From contig CBDDCH010000002.1 in assembly GCA_965226215.1 (NCBI GenBank), positions 3,413,228 through 3,477,227 of the forward strand: a stretch of DNA of 64,000 bases. Direction: 5' to 3'. The notes under the pieces are model-generated. The model did not search any database. It was not told where the DNA came from and saw only the letters and a list, made by a program, of their open reading frames with translations. Every line of letters starts with the position of its first letter. The first letter of the stretch is position 1. A program made the position numbers and the translations under genes. Of the stretch, positions 9,901 to 16,417 are shown one piece after another. Source of the stretch: Bryobacterales bacterium (GTDB lineage: Bacteria; Acidobacteriota; Terriglobia; Bryobacterales; UBA6623).

Positions 9901-10227
9901 GTCACGATGAACGATCCACAGTTTGTGGAAGCCTCCCGGTATCTAGCTCAGAGGGCAATGCGTGAGACCGGAGGCAACTTCGATCGTCAGCTCAACTACA
10001 TAACGCTGCGGGTGCTGGCGCGCGAGTTGGAAGGAAACGAGCGAGAAGTGGCGAAACGGGCCTACGACGATTTTGCGAGCCACTACGCGTCGCACATCGA
10101 CGACGCTGACCATCTGTTAGCCACCGGCGAGTCTAAGCCGGAAGAAACGTTGCCCGTAGTGCAGTCCGCGGCTCTCACCATGCTGGCGAACCAGCTGATG
10201 AACCTGGACGAGGTATTGAACAAGTAG
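6988..10227 (+). CDS. Planctomycete cytochrome c / DUF1549 / LamG-like / DUF1553 protein
   Basis: Start ATG 6988 after GGAGGA. Signal peptide, CFACHGPD and CATCHDHKFD haem motifs, WGEHRGRYWLDAARY, a concanavalin/LamG-like insert (WNHVAVTYDG), NTPLQAL. Confidence 0.9.
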   Translation: MPRIRFYRHGGITCFTLGLMLANTQVSAGATEAVDFQRQVRPILSDNCFACHGPDAKTRMADLRLDTREGAFAQRENGSPIVPRDSDASLLYQRIKHENEILRMPPAYSKKKLSEDQIDVLKRWIEQGASWNRHWSFQTLKRPELPTVKREEWSRNGIDRFILARLEAKGLAPAPEADRRTLARRVALDVTGLPPEPELVEAFVNDTSQNAYEALVNQLLESPHWGEHRGRYWLDAARYGDTHGIHVDNYREMWPYRDWVINAFNQNMPFDQFTIEQIAGDLLPNATLEQRVATGFHRCNVTTNEAGLIIDEYAAVYAKDRADTTGTVWLGLTVGCATCHDHKFDPISQRDFYAMTAFFRNTTQYVMDGNVADPPPIAVVPRQEDRTRWDELKHKAAEINARMRKVSASADEDFEAWLASGEYRSLEAPLGTASEVFALSLGKEARATLHGDEFAVDLSHGVTLGAGPEGRGALRFGSETWAELPNVKLDADKPFSLAVWIHNPDEQGRFIVASQTDPEDKNRGWALTIGAEVARVPGLHLFGDQEEKLGDDGKPVEIFTGWMQQLEVGTWNHVAVTYDGTSERAGLNIYVNGEILPTTGSEYFKKLHGNIRTDQPLLLGKLHRKLENEEFERYFAGGGIADFRIFNRVITVEEVRIVSRWPSLERAREKDPGQLTREQRETLRLYYLSLKNDDYRGLVEEKRQVARKQREIRRRGGITHVMQEITDREPEAHILYRGMYDQPQDLVKANTPAALAPMPASFPRNRLGLAKWLVDDSNPLSARVVVNRFWQEVFGTGIVKSSDDFGSQGEPPSHPELLDWLAVEFRASGWDVKDFFRLLVTSSTYRQSAAITKEKLEQNPENRLLSRGPRFRLDGELLRDYALAASGLLVPTIGGPSVKPYQPPGVWESVAMEDSNTHSYQQDHGDKLYRRSLYTFWKRSAPPASMDVFNAPTRETCTVRRERTNTPLQALVTMNDPQFVEASRYLAQRAMRETGGNFDRQLNYITLRVLARELEGNEREVAKRAYDDFASHYASHIDDADHLLATGESKPEETLPVVQSAALTMLANQLMNLDEVLNK

Positions 10228-10244
10228 CACCAGAGCAAGTTGAC

Positions 10245-10290
10245 GCGGCGTACGCCTGTGGCGTGCCGCGTCGGGCGTTCAAGCCGGACG
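10245..10290 (+). repeat. REP family II (G[T/C]GGCG..ACGC..GCGTGC) copy
   Basis: gcggcgtacgcctgtggcgtgccgcgtcgggcg; similar to copies at 19328-19373, 58364-58407 and 58617-58661. Confidence 0.55.
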
Positions 10291-10321
10291 TTCGATCTTG
10301 CCCTGGGGGGAGAATTTGAAA

Positions 10322-11788
10322 ATGCATCCATCCGAAGAAGCCGTACTGGCTGAAACTCGGCGGCAGTTCTTTGCTCGCGGAGCCCGCGGGATCGGCGGCA
10401 TCGCGCTGGCCGGCCTGCTTGCCGAGAGCGCTCAGGCGAATCCCAAAGGCGGAGAGTCCTACGGAGGTTTGCCGAATTTACCTCATTTCGCCCCCAAGGC
10501 GAAGCGGGCGATCTACCTGCATGCGATGGGCGCTCCCCCGCAGATGGACTTGTACGACTACAAGCCGAAGATGAAGGACTGGTACGACAAAGATCTGCCG
10601 GACTCGATCCGGCAGGGCCAACGCCTGACGACCATGACTTCGGGACAATCGCGCTTCCCGATCGCTCCGTCGTACTGGGATTTTCATCAGCACGGCGAAA
10701 GCGGAGCGTGGATCACGGACCTTCTGCCTCACACCGCGAAGATGGCGGATGACATGGCCATCATCCGCTCGATGCACACCGAGGCAATCAACCACGAACC
10801 CGCCATTACCTTTGTTCAAACGGGTCGCCAGGTCGCCGGCCGGCCATGCATTGGCTCCTGGCTCGCCTACGGGCTGGGGAGCATGAATCGCGACTTACCC
10901 ACGTTCGTTGTCATGAACGCTGAGAAAAGCCACCCCAAGGCAGGCGTGCAAGCAATCTCAGCGCGTCTGTGGAGCGCCGGGTTCCTCTCGGCAAAGTACG
11001 CCGGTGTCGGTTTGCGAAGCGGCGCTGACCCCGTGCTCTACGTCAGGAACCCCGAGGGTGTCCCGCAGCACGTCCGGCGGAGGATGTTGGACGGCTTGAA
11101 AGAGCTGAACCAGATCCAGCACCAGAAGATGGGCGACCCCGAGACCCTCGCTAGAATCGAGCAGTTTGAGATGGCCTTCCGGATGCAATCGTCCGTGCCC
11201 GAAATGAGTGACCTCTCGAGCGAACCGGAGAGCACCTTCAAGCGCTGGGGCGAAGACGCGCGCGAGCCCGGCAAGTTCGCCAACGCAGCGCTCATGGCAA
11301 GGCGGCTCATCGAGCGTGGCGTGCGTTTTGTGCAGATCTACCACCGCGGTTGGGACGTTCACAACCGCTGCCCCTTGGTCCTGCCCTTCCAGTGCAAGGA
11401 CATCGATCGGGCCGCCTGGGCGTTAGTCCAAGATTTGAAGGAGCGCGGTCTGTTTGACGAGACCCTTGTGATCTGGGGCGGCGAGTTCGGGCGCACCATC
11501 TACTCGCAAGGCAAGCTGACGGCGACTGACTTTGGCCGCGATCACCATCCCCGCTGCTTCAGCCTGTGGATGGCGGGCGGTGGAGTCAAGGGCGGGGTCG
11601 TCTACGGCGAAACCGACGACTTTTCCTACAACATCGTCAAGGACCCGGTGCATATCCGCGACTTTCAGGCGACGATCATGCATCTATTCGGCATCGACCA
11701 CGAACGTTTCACCTACAGACACCAGGGCCTCGACGCGAAGCTCACCGGTGTCGAGCCGGCCCGCGTGGTGAAAGCGATTCTGGCGTAG
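10322..11788 (+). CDS. DUF1501 domain protein (Tat signal)
   Basis: Start MHPSEE at 10322; TRRQFFAR, PHFAPKAKRAIYL, INHEPA, WGGEFGRT, GRDHHP. Confidence 0.92.
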   Translation: MHPSEEAVLAETRRQFFARGARGIGGIALAGLLAESAQANPKGGESYGGLPNLPHFAPKAKRAIYLHAMGAPPQMDLYDYKPKMKDWYDKDLPDSIRQGQRLTTMTSGQSRFPIAPSYWDFHQHGESGAWITDLLPHTAKMADDMAIIRSMHTEAINHEPAITFVQTGRQVAGRPCIGSWLAYGLGSMNRDLPTFVVMNAEKSHPKAGVQAISARLWSAGFLSAKYAGVGLRSGADPVLYVRNPEGVPQHVRRRMLDGLKELNQIQHQKMGDPETLARIEQFEMAFRMQSSVPEMSDLSSEPESTFKRWGEDAREPGKFANAALMARRLIERGVRFVQIYHRGWDVHNRCPLVLPFQCKDIDRAAWALVQDLKERGLFDETLVIWGGEFGRTIYSQGKLTATDFGRDHHPRCFSLWMAGGGVKGGVVYGETDDFSYNIVKDPVHIRDFQATIMHLFGIDHERFTYRHQGLDAKLTGVEPARVVKAILA

Positions 11789-11981
11789 CTTGCTTTTCTC
11801 ACCAGCGGCCGCCAGGAAATGGAAGCGAATGCCCGTCGTCAGGGATGTAGGGGCGCGATTCATCGCGCCCGCTTGCCTTACAAGCTGTAAGCCGACCGGT
11901 ATATACAAACTGTTGCCGCGAGCCACGGCCACCGGGCCTTTCGCCCCAATCGCTGTGACCCTCGTGAGAAAGGCGGGCTAG
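11785..11981. mobile_element. MITE-like element family A, copy 1 (degenerate left end)
   Basis: Begins gtagcttgcttttctcaccag on the DUF1501 TAG stop and ends ctcgtgagaaaggcgggctag. Contains the GTAG-REP gtaggggcgcgattcatcgcgccc (11847-11870). Confidence 0.6.
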
Positions 11982-12174
11982 CCCGCCTTTCTCACGAGGG
12001 TTCTGGTGGCCGGCGTTGAACGAACGTTACCTGTAGGGGCCGACCACCGTGTCGGCCCACTACCGAGCAGTACATATTGTCCAGTGCGAATTTGTGGAAA
12101 AGATCGTACATCGACACTACTGGGCGGGCACAGTGGCCCGCCCCTACGCACTCCTCGTGAGAAATGCGGGCTAG
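11978..12174. mobile_element. MITE-like element family A, copy 2 (197 bp) with a convergent REP doublet
   Basis: TIRs ctagcccgcctttctcacgag / ctcgtgagaaatgcgggctag. REPs at 12033-12058 (+) and 12122-12147 (-). Colinear with the reverse complement of 63346-63539. Confidence 0.8.
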
Positions 12175-12902
12175 CGTCACGAACCGAACAAGTCCTTGTT
12201 TTCAATGACTTGTGGCCGATGGCAAAGAGTAGTTTGAGAGCCGAATGGTAAAATGACACCAGAACGGCTATCCTTCTTGGGGCTGGCCACGAAAAGAAAA
12301 AACCAAACAAACCCAATTTCGGCAACCCGTTTTAGATCAATGGGTTACGACTGGTTTCGAGTACGACTGGGTGGCCGGCTCAGCGACGTCTCCCCGATCG
12401 CCTCAGCGGGAGATGAGGGGACCCCGACCTAAGAGCAAGCCGGGCCTCGAGGAAGAGCAACCGGGCAACAACGAACTGTCCCGGCAGCGACGAACCGAGC
12501 AGCGAACAATGGGAGGAAGGAAAACGACCAAACAAAGCCAATTTACCATAACCACCATTAAATACAGTGACTTGCAATGCTGTGGCGAGGCGCCCAAGGG
12601 GCTGGCCGCTTCTCTCGCCACGTGGCCCGGCAGCTTGTGGCGCGGATCGGGGCGGGCGATGGTCACACTTCCCCTTCGCTCTATCGTGTCGTCGCACGCC
12701 AGATCCGCGGCCGTTTGGATCAAATCCGCGGCTTGGCATTGAACGGCGATCGCACAGGGTCCACCGTGATCGGTCCGGCCGTCTCGGCCAACCTTCGAGT
12801 GCTCGACCGTTTCCGCGCGAAGGGGGCGCCAAGGCCGCAAATGGCGGCAGCTGGGAACGTGCTACTCTGGTCCGGACAGAACTTCACTACAACCGACGAG
12901 CC

Positions 12903-13685
12903 GTGGAATTCGAAAACAAAGTCGTCATTGTTACCGGAGGCAGCCAGGGAATCGGGGAGGCAACCTGCCATAGCTTTGCTCGCCAAGGAGCGGCCGTTGT
13001 CGTTGCCGATATGGAAGACGCCGGCGGTCCTAGGACCGCTCAGGCGCTCGAGAGCAAGGGAGGCCGCGCTCTCTTTGTGAAGACCGACGTCAGGCTCTCG
13101 ACGGACGTCGATCGAATGACGCAACAGGCACTCGCGCAGTTTGGGCGGATCGATGTACTGGCCAACGTAGCCGGCGTTCAGGGCATGGTCGCGACCGTGG
13201 TTGATCTGCCGGAGGAAGAGTGGAACCGCGTCGTCGCCACGAATCTGACGGGAACCTACCTTTGCTCGAAGTACTGTATTCGAGCGATGTTGCAAACAGG
13301 TGGAGGATCGATCGTCAACGTGGCGTCGATGCAAAGCTACTTCAACGTTCCCGGATCCTCGGCCTACGCAGCCAGCAAGGGAGGGATCGTTTCTTTGACT
13401 AGGGCGATGGCGCTGGATTTCGCCGGGCAAGGGATCCGAGTCAACGCGGTCGCTCCCGGGTATATCGATACTCCCCTACTCCGGGGCTTTGCGGAGGCGA
13501 CCGGCGATGCGGAGGGAACGATCAAGAAATGGAGCAGCCGCATTCCCATGCAGCGGCTGACAAAGCCGGAAGAGGTGGCCGAGGTTATTCTGTTCCTGGC
13601 CGGTTCCAAAGCTTCCGCCGTAACAGGCGTAACCTACGCCGTCGACGGCGGTATTTTGACGGCCCAGCCCACCTGGACGGACTGA
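12903..13685 (+). CDS. SDR family NAD(P)-dependent oxidoreductase
   Basis: GTG start; VTGGSQGIG, NVAG, YAASKGG (YxxxK), VNAVAPGYIDTP. Confidence 0.92.
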   Translation: MEFENKVVIVTGGSQGIGEATCHSFARQGAAVVVADMEDAGGPRTAQALESKGGRALFVKTDVRLSTDVDRMTQQALAQFGRIDVLANVAGVQGMVATVVDLPEEEWNRVVATNLTGTYLCSKYCIRAMLQTGGGSIVNVASMQSYFNVPGSSAYAASKGGIVSLTRAMALDFAGQGIRVNAVAPGYIDTPLLRGFAEATGDAEGTIKKWSSRIPMQRLTKPEEVAEVILFLAGSKASAVTGVTYAVDGGILTAQPTWTD

Positions 13686-13772
13686 CGCCGGCGAAACACG
13701 CTGGAAGGGACCATCGCCCGACAAGGTCGTTTGGAAACTTTCAGCAACCCCACAGGAGGCTACGGATTAACA

Positions 13773-14555
13773 ATGTTCGATCTTTCCATTTGTGTAGAAC
13801 CGATATTCGAGAACCTGCCTTTAGATCAGCGGGTGAAAGAGGTCAACCAACGGGGCTTTCTGGCGGAGTTTTGGCAGTGGAGGAATTACCCCGCCGAGGC
13901 GATCGACGCGATCGCTGCCGATCCTGATTCCCGGATCAGCATCTTTGGCGGTTCTACCGACGGCAGCATGGTGCACCCGGACCACGCCGAAGCGTTCGTC
14001 GACGGCCTGGAGAAGAGCGCCGCGGTCGCCAAGAAATTGCGCTGCGAGAAATTGAGCATCACCACCGGCTACCACGGCCCGAAAGGAGAGGTCATCCACC
14101 CGATCGCCGAGCACCCGGCCACCCTTTGGATCACCGCCTACAAGACTCTTTGCAAGGCCGCCGAGATTGCTGAAAAATTCGATCTGACCATTTGCTTAGA
14201 AAGCCTGAACACGAAGGTCGATCACGCCGGATACCCTATTCCGCGAGTGGAGGATGCCGCTCGATTGGTGGAGGCGGTGGGTAGTCCGCGGGTTAAGATG
14301 CTGTGCGACATCTATCATGTACAGGTGGAAGAAGGTAATGTAATCCAGAACCTCCGTGATTACGGCGATTTCATTGCCCACGTCCACGTGGCCGATGTCC
14401 CCGGCCGCCATGAGCCCGGCACGGGGGAGATCAACTATCCACGGGTAATCCAAGCGCTTCACGACATCAATTACGAGGGCACGGTTGGCTTGGAGGCCTG
14501 GCCTGAAGGCGACGACCTGCAAGCTTTAGACCGCTTTCGGGAACTTTTCGGATGA
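13773..14555 (+). CDS. Hydroxypyruvate isomerase / xylose-isomerase-like TIM barrel protein
   Basis: LESLN, DIYHVQ, HVHVADVPGRHEPGTGEINY, VGLE motifs. Confidence 0.88.
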   Translation: MFDLSICVEPIFENLPLDQRVKEVNQRGFLAEFWQWRNYPAEAIDAIAADPDSRISIFGGSTDGSMVHPDHAEAFVDGLEKSAAVAKKLRCEKLSITTGYHGPKGEVIHPIAEHPATLWITAYKTLCKAAEIAEKFDLTICLESLNTKVDHAGYPIPRVEDAARLVEAVGSPRVKMLCDIYHVQVEEGNVIQNLRDYGDFIAHVHVADVPGRHEPGTGEINYPRVIQALHDINYEGTVGLEAWPEGDDLQALDRFRELFG

Positions 14556-14596
14556 GTTGACTTCCGCGCGGCGGCTAGTCCACAGGCTCGGAACGT

Positions 14597-14845
14597 TTAG
14601 AATTCACCCGGCTCGATCACTTCAAACTCTTGGTCGATCAGGGCATTGATACGGGCAGTTTCTCTCCGCAAATGCCGCAGCTTGCCGGCCATCTTAAGCC
14701 AAGGACGAGATCCATCGCCCGGCTTCGCCCGCAGCTTGTCTTCTACGGCGTCGGTGACGAATTGCCGAAACGGGATTCCCTTCTTCGCCGCCTTTGCCTT
14801 GGCGCGCCAAAAGATGATATCAGGGATTTCCAGAGTTGTCTTCAC
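14597..14845 (-). CDS. RHH-type antitoxin (VapB/CopG-like), no toxin beside it
   Basis: GTG start VKTTLEIPDIIFWRAKAKAAKKGIPFRQFVTDAVEDKL, a ribbon-helix-helix pattern; ends ...IDQEFEVIEPGEF. Confidence 0.7.
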   Translation of the reverse strand: MKTTLEIPDIIFWRAKAKAAKKGIPFRQFVTDAVEDKLRAKPGDGSRPWLKMAGKLRHLRRETARINALIDQEFEVIEPGEF

Positions 14846-14972
14846 GTTACTCGTTGTCCCATATTTATGGCATCTCTTCAATTAGCTCACAACTAACCAC
14901 TATGAGAGCAGGCTGCGGCGGTTCGACCAGGCCTTCTTTCCAGGGGGAGGGCGAAATAACTCACCTTTTCGT

Positions 14973-16415
14973 TCAAATCAGTATTTTTTGCATCACGGTG
15001 CCGCCGACATCGGTGAGGCGGAAGTCGCGGCCCATATGGCGATAGGTGAGCTTGGTGTGGTCGAAGCCCAGGCAGTGGAGCACGGTGGCATGTAGATCGT
15101 TGATGTGAATCGGCTCTTCGACGATGTTCAGGCCTAGTTCGTCGCCTTTGCCGATGATCTGGCCACCCCGGATCCCTCCGCCGCCAAGCAAGATGGTGAA
15201 GCAATCCGGGTGGTGATCGCGGCCCTCGCTGCCGGGGTCGTTCGGCCGGTTGATTTGAGTCATAGGCGTGCGGCCGAACTCGCCGCCCCAAACGATGAGC
15301 GTGCTGTCGAACAGCCCTCGTTGCTTGAGATCCTTGATCAGGGCCGCCGCCGGCTGGTCGGTAATGCGGCAATTCTTGCTCAGATTCTTGGTCAAATCAG
15401 CGTGATCATCCCAGCTACTGTGAACCAGCATCACGAAGCGAACCCCTCGCTCGACCATGCGCCTCGCCATCAGGCAGTTGGTGGCATACGTTTTTGTGAC
15501 CTCCTGGTTGACCCCGTACATATCGAGAATATGCCGCGGCTCGTCGGAGAAATCCATCAACTCCGGAGCGGAAGTCTGCATCCGAAAGGCTAGTTCATAG
15601 GACGCGATCCGAGAGGCGATTTCAACGTTGCCGGTTTCCTCCTGGTGGATTTGGTTGATCTCCCGGAGAGCATCCAGCCCGGCGCGTTGCGTCTGGGGGG
15701 TAACTCCCGGCGGGTTCGAAAGGTAGAGGATCGGATCGCCGCTGCGGCGGAAAGGCACCCCCTGATACGCCGAGGGCATGAATCCACTGGACCAAATGGT
15801 TGAGCCGGCGCTCACTTGTGTCCCCGAGCCAAGAACCACGAACGCGGGCAGATCTCGCGACTCACTGCCCAGGCCGTAGACCGACCACGAGCCGACGCTG
15901 GGCCGGCCGGAAAGTGGAGATCCGGTCATTAACAGCGATTGACCCGGGTGATGATTGAACGCCTCGGTGTGCATGGATCGGACCATACAAAGGTCGTCCG
16001 CGTGAGTGGCAAGTTGCGGCAGCCAATCGGAAAACTGCATTCCGGACTGGCCATGACGTTTAAATGTCCGCGGGCTGGCCATGATCGTGGCACTGGGCTT
16101 GATGAAGGCAAGCTTCAAGTCTTTCGTCATCGATGGCGGAAGGGGTTTTCCGTGCCACTTTTGCAATTCGGGCTTGGGGTCGAATAGATCGACCTGGCTG
16201 GGCGCACCGGCCATAAAAAGGAAGATGACATTCTTTGCCGTAGCGGGGAAATGCGGCGCCTTGGGGACCAGATGGTCAAGGCGGGGCGCTTCGCTTTCCG
16301 CCGTCAGCCCATGGTCGGACAGTAGATTCCCGAGGGCGATCATGCCCAGGCCACCGGCGCAATCTCGAAGAAAGCGGCGGCGGCTGTCTATTCGCGAAAA
16401 ATCTTCAAACGTCAT
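14973..16415 (-). CDS. DUF1501 domain protein (Tat signal)
   Basis: SRRRFLR, FMAGAPSQVDLFDPKP, FNHHPG, WDDH, WGGEFGRTP, GRDHHP. Confidence 0.92.
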   Translation of the reverse strand: MTFEDFSRIDSRRRFLRDCAGGLGMIALGNLLSDHGLTAESEAPRLDHLVPKAPHFPATAKNVIFLFMAGAPSQVDLFDPKPELQKWHGKPLPPSMTKDLKLAFIKPSATIMASPRTFKRHGQSGMQFSDWLPQLATHADDLCMVRSMHTEAFNHHPGQSLLMTGSPLSGRPSVGSWSVYGLGSESRDLPAFVVLGSGTQVSAGSTIWSSGFMPSAYQGVPFRRSGDPILYLSNPPGVTPQTQRAGLDALREINQIHQEETGNVEIASRIASYELAFRMQTSAPELMDFSDEPRHILDMYGVNQEVTKTYATNCLMARRMVERGVRFVMLVHSSWDDHADLTKNLSKNCRITDQPAAALIKDLKQRGLFDSTLIVWGGEFGRTPMTQINRPNDPGSEGRDHHPDCFTILLGGGGIRGGQIIGKGDELGLNIVEEPIHINDLHATVLHCLGFDHTKLTYRHMGRDFRLTDVGGTVMQKILI

Positions 16416-16417
16416 GG

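Noticed and set aside
11785-12174. CRISPR array suggested by repeated GC-rich hairpins
   Set aside because: Repeats are inverted, non-identical and irregularly spaced; no cas genes; better explained as REPs within MITEs.
12371-12902. Overlapping 120-170-aa ORFs and the SDR N-terminal extension
   Set aside because: Low-complexity translations with no motif; the SDR fold starts at GTG 12903.
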